A DNA stretch of 64,000 bases from Octopus sinensis (GCF_006345805.1 NC_043022.1:10106001-10170000); one strand, 5' to 3'; counted from the stretch's first letter, positions 1 through 12,490 are shown. Translations and numbers: made by a program. Notes: generated by a model not told the origin, from the sequence alone.

Positions 1-639
1 TGTTGAGTTATGGCAATTCGACCGTCGGTGTGTGTTTGCAAATGTGTTCGAATGATAAAATGAATTGTGTTTGGCGCCTTTTTTTACTAATAACAAACAC
101 ACACGTGTGTTTGAGTGTTTGTATGTAGTTGTTTGAAATGTTTGTGTTTGTCACTGTCATATATGTATATGTTTGTGTGTGTATGTGTGAGGAATGGCAA
201 ACCAGATAGATAGAGCGCGAAGTTCTTTTGAAGTTCGCGCTCCGTTTGTGTATGTGTGCGTGCCTTAGGTGTACGTAGGTATGTGTTTTTGTGTGTGTGT
301 CACTGAAGCCATACATACATATATACATACATAACCTCTCTCTCTTCTTTTCTCTCTCAGTCACTCACTACAAAAAGTGAATAAAAAAGTTCAGTTATCT
401 GTCTTTCACACATACACACACAGCACAACATTACTCTCTGTCTCTTTACACACACTAACAAAAGCACTTCACTTACGCACCACACTTTCTGTGGCGCACA
501 CCCCATCAAACACACACACACACACATGTACATCAATGCTTCCGATGCACACCAACTTCAAAAGAACTTCCCGAAAAAAACGGAGGAAAGCATTTGAAAT
601 GAGAGAGGCTATCGTATATGTATATGTTTGCGTGTCTAT

Positions 640-914
640 GTGTGTGTACACTTGCAAAGAGAAAGTAGCAGAAAGTGTGGTAATAGTTTGAGTGAAGCAG
701 TTGAAATTAGAGAGGCAAATTGTAAAATATTTACTTTTCTTGAATTTTTGCTTAATTGGGGGTCAAATAGAAAAAACTTTACATGCCATGACCCAATCGA
801 ATCTACTTGTAAAAATCGTAGGTAAATTCCAATTGAAGAAATTCTATATTGTACAATTGTATAAAAAACGAACGGTTTGGGAGGCAGAGAAAATCTGCCT
901 TTTATCATAAGAGA
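640..914 (-). mobile_element. 5' portion of a non-autonomous Helitron-like repeat
   Basis: Minus strand begins A|TCTCTTATGATAAAAGGCAGA; a related copy ends at about 33290 (gggaggcaga.aaaatctgcctttta..ataagagat). Confidence 0.45.
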
Positions 915-1261
915 TGTGTGTGTGTATTAAAGTTCTGGAAGGGTGGAACGATGGGGTGTTTCCAAAGCAGCACTTAAACCGAACATGGGGCTACCTACAC
1001 TCGTTTCTCCTTGATAAAGGAAAATACATGTGGCAGATGCACAGGGCAAGAGTGCATTTTTGATGCACGCCTTGCAAAGTGCCATGCTAATGTTTAGAAC
1101 CCGTAAACATCCTGGAACTTTAGCATGAATTGACATTAAAAACAGTTGCTACAGAATCAATTGTAACTGATCATTAAAGATGCAATAAGCTCTTTCTTTA
1201 TCTTCTTTTTTGGATTATGTATATTTATGTATATGTGTGTGTGTGTGTATATATATATATA

Positions 1262-1545
1262 CGTGGCACATAAAAAAACACCATCCGAGCGTGGCTGTTC
1301 GCCAGCCCCGTCTGGCACCTGTGCCGGTGGCACATAAAAAGCACCCACTACACTCACGGAGTGGTTGGCGTTAGGAAGGGCATCCGGCTGTAAAAACACT
1401 GCCAGATCTGACTGGCCTGGTGCAGCCTTCGGGCTTCCCAGACCTCAGTTGAACCGTCCAACCCATGCTAGCATGGAAAGCGGACGTTAAATGGTGATGG
1501 TGGTGGTGGTGGTGGTGGTGGTGATGATGATGATGATGATGATGA
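1262..1545 (+). mobile_element. SINE-D (RTE-type 3' tail ending in (TGA)n)
   Basis: ggaagggcatcc..ct.tagaaac...catgc.agcatggaaagcggacgttaaa followed by (TGG/TGA)n; further copies at 1790-2068, 4431-4990, 27508-28330 (-), 58000-58395. Confidence 0.75.
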
Positions 1546-2629
1546 GGAGGAGGACTCTGTCGGTTACAACGACGAGGGTCCCAGCTGATACAATCTATGG
1601 AACAGCCTGCTCATGAAATTAATGTGCAAGTGACTGAGCAATCCACAGACACGTGTACCCTTAACATAGTTCTCAGGAAGACTCAGCGTGACACAGATTG
1701 TGACAAGGCCGGCCCTTTGAAATACGGGTACAACTCATTTTTGCCAGCTGAGTGGACTGGAGCAATGTGAAATATCTTGCTCAAGGACAGATTGGCTCTT
1801 GTGCTGGTAGCACGTAAAAAGCACCATTCGAACGTGGTCGATGCCACATCCGCCTGACTGGTTCCTGTGCTGGTGGCACGTAAAAAGCACCCACTACACT
1901 CTCCAAGTGGTTGGTGTTAGGAAGGGCATCCAGCTATAGAAACCTTGTCAGATCAGAATGGAGCCTGATGCAGCTGCTGCCTCTCCAGACCTCAGTCAAA
2001 CTATCCAACCTATGCCAGCATGGAAAACAGATGTTAAACGACGATGATGATGATGATGATGATGATGAATGGCACTGTATTTTTCTAAAGAAATCTGGTT
2101 AAAAAACATTGAAGAAAACACTGAACTTTCTTATTATTGCCATCAGATTAGTTTGTTTTTCATCCATTACTTATTAACATTGTCCTTCAATCTTAGTTTC
2201 TGACAAAAGCAAGGGAAACTATTCTTATCTACTGCACCACAGTTGCTCCAATTCAGTGGCCATCCGGCAGCCACGAAGCAGTTATCTATATTGATTTCAT
2301 CATGTGACACAAACTGGCTAATTGGACACTGAAAGTTGGTCTTATCTAGAAGCTGTGGCTACCTCACTACATAGTATCCTCACATCTTATTGATCAAACA
2401 TGCATTTTGCATATGTAATACTATAAGAAATTTAAATCTATGCTAATCTGTTAATACTAGCATTTAACTTGCATAGCATGTGTTGAGTGCTGTTTTCTTT
2501 TGTTTGTACATTGCTTTGTGTATCTGTGTGTGTGTGTGAGTTTACATATCTCATCACTCTTCTATCTACTGTGAACACATAGTTTCTTCTGCATACTATA
2601 CAGGGCAAGTGTCTTCTTTTATAGTATTA

Positions 2630-2931
2630 CTAGCACTATGACCCGGCAAGACCGGGTCATAATGCTAGTAATACTAGCTGACATTCAATTGGCGTATCAA
2701 GTTTCGGGCATTTTGATTGGGTTTTGGATAGAAAATTCTTTAAAAAAGTCACTTCTATTGATTTTTTAATGGCTTTGCGGGGTGACTGGGGAAATGTAAA
2801 GATATGCACGACCACCCTTGGACGGTTTTGAATGACCTTAGAAAGTGCGAGCCCTCTAACTGAAAAATTGTGGATTTGTATAAAGGACATGCACACACAG
2901 AAAGATATTTTGCCATTTATATATATAGAGA
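2630..2931 (-). mobile_element. Non-autonomous Helitron-like element
   Basis: 5' A|TC at 2931, 3' GC hairpin and CTAG|T at 2630; second copy at 30434-30796. Confidence 0.7.
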
Positions 2932-3046
2932 TGAGGAAATATTTACCTTGCTTGGAAACAGGTGAGAGTTGGTATCAGGAAACAGCATCCATCCGTAGAA
3001 AATCTGTCTCTACAAATTCTGTCCGTCCTGTGTGAGTATGGAAAAT

Positions 3047-4130
3047 CATCATTTAACGTCCACTTTCCATGCTGGCATGAGTTGGACGGTTTGACTGGGG
3101 ACTGGCAAGCCAGAAGGCTGTACCAGGCTCCAATCTGATCTGGCAAGGTTTCTACAGCTGGATGCCCTTCCTAATGCCAGTCACTCTGAGAGTGTAGTGG
3201 GTGCTTTGTATGTGCCACCGTCACGAGGGCCAGTTAGGTGGTATTGGCATCAACCACACTTGAATGCTGCTTTTTACGTGCCACTGGCATGGGAGCCAGT
3301 CAGGTAGCACTGGCAATGCCCACACTTGAATAGTGCTTTTTACATGCCACTGGTACGGGTGCTAGTCAGGCGGTACTGGCATCAACCATGAAAAATAACT
3401 TCACTTGTCTCAACAGGTCTTTGCAAGCACAGTTTATTGGCCAATGATTGAAGGGTACTCTTAAACAAGCCAGTTATGCTCTACTGGCATAGGCCATGGT
3501 TACAGTGTCACTTGGCTTGTTAGGTCTTCTCAAGCACAGCATATCTCCAAAGGTCTCCGTCATTCATCATCGCCTCTGTGGGGCACAACTTTCGAAGGTC
3601 GTGCTTGACCCAGGTCTTCCTGGGTCTACCTTTTCCACAGGTTCCCTCTGCTACTAGGGTGTGACGCTTTTTCACACAGCTGTCCTCATCCATACGCAGC
3701 ACATGACCATACCAGTGCAGTCGTCTCTCTTGCACACTACATCTGATGCTTCTTATGTCCAACTTTTCTCTCAGGGTGCTTACACTCTGTCATGTATGAA
3801 TGAGGGAGAACTGAGCCCTGGTGAGCAGCTGCTTGTATACTAAATTCTTCACTGTACTCATGGTTAACACTTACCTTATTGATAGCACTCCCTATACATG
3901 ACTTGTACAGCTTTCACAAGCCATTCACCTAATCCTAAATTCCTCAGGGACCACCATATCACAGAGCAAGATACTATCCCCTAGCAATTGTATGACTGAG
4001 GAGATAGTGTCAGTGTCACTTCTCCCCTGCACAAAGCTCAACTGCATTTCCTCTTGTCTAATTCTCTTCTCAATTAACTGAGCTATAACTCTTTCCATAG
4101 CTTTCATGACTTGGTCCAGCATCTTCTTTA
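3047..4130 (-). mobile_element. RTE-clade LINE remnant: RT fragment, ORF2 C-terminus and 3' UTR/tail
   Basis: KAMERVIAQLIEKRIRQEEMQLSFVQGRSDTDTI (RT domain-like) and RRLHWYGHVLRM...GKGRPRKTW...LWRYAVLEKT (RTE C-terminus); internally deleted. Confidence 0.85.
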
Positions 4131-4430
4131 CTCTTGTAGCAGCTGACTACCTTGCTGCTATGTTTATCATTGGGATTGACACCTTCCTGATTAACCTTAA
4201 TTAGTTTTCCTGGTGACTGGATCATATCCTACTAATCCAGATATTTTATGCATCAGAATATTTATTTTTATGTTCAGTTGTAATAAAAACAATTTTACAT
4301 TAATCTGATGGGTTACTCTATACTTATGTAGAATACAGATTTATTATTCTTGTACAAGAATGTTGTTGACAGTGACTTGGAAATTTCAGGCAGCTAAGCC
4401 ATCATCCGCTAGCTGAAACTTCAAAGTTAC

Positions 4431-4990
4431 TGCCAGTGGCACGTAAGCGAACCATCCGAACGTGGCTGTTGCCAGCGCCGCCCCGACGGGCCTCCATGCC
4501 GGTGGCACATAAAAAGCACCATCCGATCATGGTTGTTGCAAGCCTCGCCTGGCCCCCATGCTGGTGGCACAAAAAAAGCACCATCCAATCATGGTCGTTG
4601 CCAGCCTCGCCTGGCCCCCGTGCTGGTGGCACATAAAAAGCACCATCCGATCATGGTTGTTGCAAGCCTCGCCTGGCCCCCATGCTGGTGGCACAAAAAA
4701 AGCACCATCCAATCATGGTCGTTGCCAGCCTCGCCTGGCCCCCGTGCTGGTGGCACATAAAAAGCACCATCCGATCGTGGCCATTTGCCAGTCTCGTCTG
4801 GCACCTGTGCCGGTGGCACGTAAAAAGCACCCACTACACTCACGGAGTGGTTGGCGTGAGGAAGGGCATCCAGCCATAGAGACATTGCCAGATCAGACTG
4901 GGCCTGGTGCAGCCTTTTGGCTTCCCAGACCCAAGTTGAACCGTCCAACCCATGCTAGCATGGAAAGCGGATGCTAATTGATGATGATGA
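4431..4990 (+). repeat. SINE-D copy with internal 62-bp tandem array
   Basis: ggtggcac at 4501, 4563, 4625, 4687, 4749 (period 62), alternating A/B variants. Confidence 0.85.
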
Positions 4991-5235
4991 TATGTGTATA
5001 GACAAAGAAATAGATAGTGTGTGTGCTTGCTTGCTTGCCTGCCCACCTGCCTCCTTGCTTGCTTTACACAAGAGGCTACTTTCAGTTTTCTATCTTCTAA
5101 ATCCACACACAGTTTTTGATTCACCTGGGGCTTGAGTAATAGACACCTGCCCTAGGTGCTACACAGTGATACTGAACCCAAGACCACACTGCCATGCCTG
5201 GGTTTACCTTTTCTTTTCTTTCTTTTTTTCTGTAG

Positions 5236-5433
5236 TTTAACAACAACCAGCTTTCTAACTGGGATGACCTGAAGGAGTTGGCCTGCTTAGCAGAACTACG
5301 GACCGTCTACCTCGAGCACAACACAATTTGGTACGAACCTAGTGAGAAGAACTGCCAAGATCCAGCCTATCGACGGAAAGTCAAATTAATGTTGCCACAG
5401 GTAACACAAATTGATGCCACATATTGTCGTTAG
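5236..5433 (+). CDS. PPP1R7: Terminal coding exon of protein phosphatase 1 regulatory subunit 7 (sds22); last LRR plus LRR cap
   Basis: Polypyrimidine tract + TAG acceptor (5234-5235). Reads FNNNQLSNWDDLKELACLAELRTVYLEHNTIWYEPSEKNCQDPAYRRKVKLMLPQVTQIDATYCR* (TAG 5431-5433), matching the recalled human C-terminus (MNDNLLESWSDLDEL...TVYLERNP...DPQYRRKV...QIDAT) with a phase-0 intron at the equivalent site. Upstream exons not found in window. Confidence 0.9.
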   Translation, partial: FNNNQLSNWDDLKELACLAELRTVYLEHNTIWYEPSEKNCQDPAYRRKVKLMLPQVTQIDATYCR

Positions 5434-7282
5434 AGGGAGCCACTTATTTCCCTCCCTTGATTTAAACTTCCTGTTACTAGTTTTTTTTTTTGTTCCTTTG
5501 TTTGGGTATTTTTCTTCTTGTCTTCATTTTTAATCTTTACATATGTACAAAGTTCCAACATGTTTTTCTTTTTATTGTGTATGTGTCTGTGTCAGTTTAG
5601 TAGTAACTGTTATTACCTCTTCTGTGACCATGGTTTCATGCTGGTAATGAGATTTTTCGACACAGCAGCAATCTTCAGTGGACTTGGCTGAAAAAGCTTT
5701 AGATAAGCTGCTAGTTTGTAGCTTCCTGAACCAAATCTGTATTGCTGAAGGCCACGGCATCCCAGATACATGGATTCCAATGTAAAACCATGCCACTGTA
5801 GCAACAGACGCACATGTCGACATTCTCTACCAGACTCCGTGTGTGTGTGTATGTGTGTGCATTTATATGAAAAATAGGCATATTTAATGAAGCTATTCTA
5901 TGTTTGGGTGTCTATTTATCTGTGTGTGTGTGTGTGTATGTGTGTGTGCATATATATATATATAAATCTATATATAGAGAGAGAGTCAGAGCATATATAT
6001 ATATGAGTGTGTATGCATATGTGTGTGTATACACAAACACACATAGACATATTTATATAAATAAACTTCATTTTATTTCATTAATTTGCAACAATTATAA
6101 CTCAATGAAATGAGACTTGCTCACTCCATATTCCTTGGTTGTTGTTATTATTATTATTATTATTATTATATTTCCAGTGGGTAACAAGTTCAAAAGGATC
6201 TGTGTTCAACTGCTTAGAGTTGAGCATTTAATGATAAATCTGAGAGTAATTAAAATATTTACTCCATAATCATTAGCCTGACGAATGCTGGTGCTTTACA
6301 TGTCCATTGGTATTCACAGCTCTCCATTCTTTACCTTCAATCAGGTGGAATTCTTTTGTGTAAGTACCAGTTACCGGTACCAGCTGCTTATAAATGATAA
6401 TACTATATAATATTTCTTTAAGACTTTGCAAAACACAAATGCGTGTACATAGATATGTACGTTTGTGTATGTATGTGTATGTACACATTTACACATACAC
6501 ACATATAGATGCACACACACACATAAATTTATGTATGTGTGTATATATCTATATATGTATGTGTGTAATTATCTATATATGTATGTGTGTGTATATATAT
6601 ATATGGATCAAAACAGTTTGATTCAAATTTGTTAGTACTCTTGAGTTTCAAGTGTGATGCCAGTCATCGACCATTTTGAATTTGAATCCACACACACACA
6701 CAATTTGATCCCTGCTTTCTGGAATCTAACCTGCCCAACTGCAATTCAACAGCATCCAACCTGGATGGCATTCATTTCACCTAAGTCCCATGCAACTTGA
6801 TTAGCACACACGCCCCTGCTGTCTTGGGGGTCTCTTGTGATAATTACCATCCCACTGCTGTTAATATATACAGAGATGGCTGTAAGTTGCTTTATCCATT
6901 TCTAATAATAATAATAAAGGAATGGGTAAAGTGACTTATTTAGTGAATATGTTATGTATAAAAATATAAACATATATGTGCTGTATATATATTTAATATA
7001 TATAATATATATTTAATATATATTTTATATATCTAAGATATATATATATAATGTTGTATTATTTTATATTGTATTTATATTGTTATTTATGGATGGGTGC
7101 ACATTTATATAATTTCTATTAGAAATTTCTTAACGTTTTCTTTCTCAGAATTCAGGTTGGAAGGCTTTCATTTTTTAACTCAGGAAAATTGAGAAAAAAT
7201 TTATGAATGCATGAGTCAATGTGTGCAAACAAATATGTATGTATTTGATTTAATGTGTTTTAAGTGCAGGCTTGGCTGTATG

Positions 7283-8113
7283 ATTAACCCTTTTGTTACT
7301 GCATTTCTGTTGAAATACGCTGCCTTCCTTTCAGTTTAAAAAATAATGATGTATTTACTAAACTGTCTTTGTCATTATTAAGATGGCATTTAGAACATAA
7401 ATTAGCGCCGAGTTTTGATGGAAGATTTTAGTTTAGATAACTTTAACACTTACGTCACCAATTTTCTGTTGAAATATACTGCTGTTGTTTCATTTAAGTT
7501 TGAAAATAATGAAGAATTTAGTAAAATAAGTTTGTCTTTATTAAGATGGTGTTTAGAACATTGAATTTCATTGGATGGCTTTCATTTAGATCATTTGAAC
7601 ATTTGTTACCATATTTCTGCTGAAATACACTGCCTTCATTTCAATTAATTTTGCAATTAAGAAATAACTTTGTCATTATTAAGCTGCTGGTTAGAATATA
7701 AATTAACATTAAATTTTAATTGAAATTTTCAGTTTGAATCCCTTTAACCCTTTTGTTACCATATTTCTGTTCACACATTTATATATTTCCAGTATCCCGT
7801 TTGTTACCATATTTATTCTGAGATGTTCTGTGTTTCTTTCAATTATATTTTAAATATAATTTAATAAAATAACTTAGTTATCATTAAGCTAGTGTTCAGA
7901 ACATGAACTGTGACTAAAATTTGGTGGAATATTTTAATTCAGAACCTATGAAAGCAAGACATTTGTACTACAGAGCTAGGGCCAGTTTCAGCCAGGTTGG
8001 TATCGAAAGGGTTAATTTTGAAAATTAGGAAGAATTTATTAAAAATAACTTTGTTGTTATCAAGCCGGCATTTAGAATTTAATTTTAACATGAAATTTTG
8101 ATGGAAGGTTTAA
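7283..8113. mobile_element. Compound array of piggyBac-type MITE units
   Basis: TTAACCCTT..GTTAC starts near 7283 and 7744; GGTATCGAAAGGG-TTAA end at 7999-8015; body similar to 11049-11269. Confidence 0.6.
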
Positions 8114-8245
8114 CCCTTGAAGACGGAACCATTTGTGACCGAGGGACCTCCTCTTGCGCTGAGTGTTCCTGAGAAAGTCGGCAGCATACTTATTGGTCCC
8201 TCTGACAAACATTTGAATGAGTTCCATGTGAAAAACATCATAAAG

Positions 8246-8375
8246 CAGTGTTTCTCAACCTTTTTACCCTTTTGTAATCCTTAAAATAAATTACATGTCT
8301 CAAGAAACCCCTGCACAAAAAAAATTATATACCATATCTTTCTCATATTTTTTCATTATAGTTCATGTTGTACAT

Positions 8376-8416
<41 letters not shown>

Positions 8417-9148
8417 TATATATATACACATATCATATATATATATGGTGGATTCTCTCATCGAAGACGATGAATGAGGGTTCAGTAAATAGCCTTCAAC
8501 AATTCCTAAGCCTTGTGACACTGCATGTGTACTTTCAATCCAGCAGATGTCTTGCTCACTTTCTCGCAAATGGTACACCTGCATGTATTCATTGGTTCAA
8601 AATGTCTTCTCGAGTGGACAGCGAACCCAGCTTTGCTTTGTGCTTTGAACCCACAGTGACACACACAATCATTGTTTGGTGGATTTTGCTGATGCCTTGC
8701 TTTCGAATTTACATGAAGGGCGTCCCTATGACGAAGGCAGTTACTTTCAAATTCTCTAGTCTTTAGAAAACACATTTTCCTCCATTTGCTGCGATCCCCT
8801 GCTGCACTCTTCCAGGAGCTCAGAGCAATGTCACAACGCTTCAGATTGTCTTTTAGTTTGTCCTTGTAACGAAGAGGACGACGCCCTGTTGGACGGGAAG
8901 AATATATATATATATATATATATATATATGCTGTCCATACATTTATAGACATCACTAAATATATCCCCAATGGTTAATATATTTTTTTGATAATATAATA
9001 GGTTATATAGGATGATGTCTATATTACAATAGCCAATAATATGTTGTGCATGTACAGTAATATTACAATCATGAAATTAGCATTAGCTTATCTCACCCTT
9101 TCTTACGAAACTCGGGGGTTCTGGGGGACCCCCGGTTGAGAAACGCTG
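8246..9148. mobile_element. hAT-type MITE with perfect 8-bp TSD
   Basis: TIRs CAGTGTTTCTCAACC / GGTTGAGAAACGCTG; TSD TCATAAAG at 8238-8245 and 9149-9156. Confidence 0.9.
8445..8900 (-). mobile_element. 5'-truncated RTE LINE 3' end with two C2H2-like fingers, nested in the hAT MITE
   Basis: RPTGRRPLRYKDKLKDNLKRCDI...WKSAAGDRSKWR...; stop at 8506; (TA)n on both sides. Confidence 0.85.
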
Positions 9149-11048
9149 TCATAAAGTATTTCACTGGGGTACTTATGCCTTGTAGTATATTTCTAGGCCC
9201 TATATTTTTTTAAAGAATTTATAGGAGTCGTCTCTGTCTAGTTCAGTATCCCTAATCCTAAACTAAATGTTCACAACATTATCATCACCATCGTCATTTT
9301 GATCTTCTCCCTTACTTTCCTGGTTGTTTTCACCAGTTTTGATGTCAGATTCACTGCTAGGCTGGGTGAACTTAGACTCACGATATTTTCATTAGTGTTA
9401 CTCTTGGACCTGGTAAAATTTCACGATGCTCACTTGGAACACAAAAAACTCAATGTAAAATCACAGAACACAGCAAACTATCATGGAAGCTGCCATTGAA
9501 AGGCCCAGATGTGCAAGAAGCAATCTGATTGGTTGGTGCAAAGACCAGCCAGCTAATCTTGAGGCTTGTGTTATCAGGCCAATGGATAGACCTGGTCGTC
9601 TTCTTTGTTATTCAACTTTTCAGCTGATAAGTCAGCCCTGCCATCGCCTGACAGTTGAATCACTTTGATACAGTAGCTGGTATCACAGAACCAAGAGCAG
9701 GCTGGTATTAAAATGGTTAATCATTATGTGTATGTATATGTATGCCAGAAACACCCTTGTGATTGTGTGAAGATGTTCATTCCAAAAAATCCCAAATTGA
9801 GAAATCTTTGCTGTTTTAGTAAATGTTCTACACAAATAAGCAATGGGATTTGGTGGCTTTGAGTCAGTTTGTTTTATGTTTTTTTGAAAATCTGTGGTAC
9901 TTCCAGGCTTTTCTGTGTGAATTTGTTGTTGTGTAAGTCTATGGTCCTATGAATCATAGGCACAAAAGAATCTATAGCCTATATACAAAAGGTGCTTGAA
10001 TGACTGAATGACTATTATATGTGTGAATTCGTGTTTGCGTGGTCATGATGATGTATAATGTCGCATGTGTGTCAAGCTTACTCTGTGTGTGTGTGTGTTT
10101 GTTATCACTTTTATTCTTGAGTTCAAATCCCGCCGAGCAAAGCTGTGCCTTTCGGCCTTTTGGGGATGATAAAATAAAGTATCAGTTGAGTACTAGGGGA
10201 TCAATGTAATAACTTAACCCCCTTGCCCTTAAATTGCTGGCCTTGTGCCAAAATGAAAAAGAAATTATTATTATTATTATTATTATTATTATTTTTGTGA
10301 GCTGGCAGAATCGTTAGCACACCAGGCGAAATGCTTAGCAGTATTTCACCTGTAGCTGCGTTCTCAGTTCAAATTCCACCAAGGTCAACTTTACCTTTCC
10401 TCCTTCCAGGGTTGATGAAATAAGTACCCCCTTCTCCAAGATTTCAGGCCTTGTGCCTTTAGTAGAAAGGATTATTATTATTGTTATTATTGAAAAGCAA
10501 CAAAAAGTAAAAATTAAAATAAAACTAACATACCACCAAATACCCCAAATCAGATCAAACTGTTGCTGTGACATTTTTTTAGATGATTCCAAAAAAAAAT
10601 ATAAATAAATAAAACAAGAAAAATGAAAAAAAAAACAACCAACCAACCTTCTCTTGTAATGATTGAGTATAATTAGATGATGAAGGTTAAAGAGAGACTG
10701 GAACATAAAAACTAAAAAGAAAAAAAAACCAAAGTAAACCAAAACTTGAAACATGTTTTAATAAAAACTGTTTGTAAAATGAAGAAACAAATTATTGCTC
10801 ATTAAAATATTTTATTTCTTAACATTCTGTTTTGTTAATTTATTTTATTTTCCTTTATTGTTGATAACCATGTTGTTTTGTTGGCACTCAGTATCAAACT
10901 TTTCATCAGGGGCCAAGTAACATCTCTGCATTTTCCCACTCCTTTTATAACTCAGGCTGAGTCTTACTCCTCATGTCAAGTGTTGTCGACAGTTTTTCTT
11001 TTCGTTTCCGTAGCAGTTGTAATTATGCCTAACAGAGTGTTTTCTTAA

Positions 11049-11269
11049 CCCTTTCGTTACTGTATTTATTTTGAGAAGCTCTGTGTTTCTTTCAATTACT
11101 TTAAATATAACAAAGAATTTAGTAAAATAACTTGGTTATCATTAAGCTAGTGTTAGGAACATAAATTGTGACTAAGGCTTGGTGGAAGATTTTAATTCAA
11201 AACTTATGGAAACAAGACATTTGTACTACAGAGCCAGAGCCGGTTTCAGCCAGGTTGGTAACGAAAGGG
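11049..11269. mobile_element. piggyBac-type MITE (221 bp)
   Basis: Perfect 12-bp TIR CCCTTTCGTTAC/GTAACGAAAGGG; TTAA TSD at 11045-11048 and 11270-11273. Confidence 0.9.
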
Positions 11270-11689
11270 TTAAACAATTCTGGCAACAGGTTGCTAGCTT
11301 GCCAATCACCCTCCTTTTGCATCTGGGCTTGGGACTAGCAATAGTAATTAGCTATCTCTGTCTGGAGATTCGTAAGAAGATCCTGCTGTACTAGAGGCAT
11401 TGCACTGCTAGATCACTCAGATATTAATTGTATTCCACCAATAGTGTCTACACAAAATACTCAAGATCCCCTACAGGGACAGAATCCCAAACGCTGAAGC
11501 CCTGAAAAAAGCCAATCTGAGCCTGCAGTATATTGTGGTGGATAACAGAGTGAGACTTGCAGGTCATGTTTGCCAGCTGCCTTAAAGACATACCTAAGAC
11601 AGATATACAGGGTGTCCACAAAGTTTGAATAATAATTTCTTAAAGTATGTGTTAATCCCCATGTACCCAGACTTTGTGGACTCCCTGTA

Positions 11690-11875
11690 CAATGGGTGCC
11701 ACCAGAGGGATGAAGGAAAAAAGGGAGCTGCAAGACATTGTATACCACCTTCAAAGAAGATCTAAAGCAACTTAGCATTATCTGGGAAGATGCAGGAAAC
11801 TATGCCCAGAACTGGGATGGTTGGCTGTTCCTTACTGCCCAGTGTACAAGCCAACTGCACAAGAACCATTAAGAC
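11690..11875 (+). mobile_element. Decayed RTE-like LINE ORF2 C-terminal fragment
   Basis: WVPPEG*RKKGSCKTLYTTFKEDLKQLSIIWEDA, resembling W.P.G.R.RGRP..TW...F.EDL. Confidence 0.6.
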
Positions 11876-12073
11876 TCAGATGTTATTTTCTGTAGGAGAA
11901 AGTTAATACCCTTCGTAGGGATAGCACCTGAAGCTAACCCTTGTGTTTATGTAAAAGACCATGGTTACCTTTGTAGCATCTTCAGTGCTACCCTTTTTCC
12001 TCTCCGGCTGGGGTTAAGCATGTGTCTCCCTACAGCAAGACACTTGTTCTTGTCCTTCCATCATACTCTAATC

Positions 12074-12384
12074 TAGTGGTTCCCAGCCAGGGCCCATGTA
12101 GCCTTTGAGGGTTCATATAAGATTTTGGGGGATCCACAATAGTATTTGAAGGACCCTGAAAAAAATTTAGTTTTAGATTTATGTATTGCAAGAACCAGCT
12201 TGGTTTCTTTTTCTAACATTTTCCATAGCTCAACCTACACAAGCTAATGTGTGAAAAACGAACTAAGAAATTTGAAAGAAGTTTCTATAAAACTAGTTTT
12301 AAACACCAAATAGTTATGGGGTCCACCAGAGTAGAATAGTAATCAAAGGGGTCCGTAGATAAAAAAAATGATTGAGAACCCTTG
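12074..12384. mobile_element. hAT-type MITE (311 bp)
   Basis: Degenerate TIRs; TSD CTCTAATC/CTCTAACC (7/8); inverted relative at 39444-39762. Confidence 0.75.
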
Positions 12385-12490
12385 CTCTAACCTTTCAATG
12401 TCTGGCATAGAGCCACTTCCCTTGATACTACTTCCTCATTTGAAAGGTCTTGTGAGTTATTTGGTGAACTTGCAAGTGCCACTCCGTAAA

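Noticed and set aside
927-1136. 69-aa minus-strand ORF in non-repetitive-looking DNA
   Set aside because: No recognisable family in any frame and no convincing splice context
1-5235. Upstream PPP1R7 exons
   Set aside because: No LRR-encoding segment ending in a phase-0 donor was found; presumably upstream of the window
6273-6400. Possible terminal exon on - (QLVPVTGTYTKEF...HSSG*)
   Set aside because: Contains gtaactggtactt and tgaaggtaaag, resembling a decayed SINE-A central domain; weak acceptor, no partner exons
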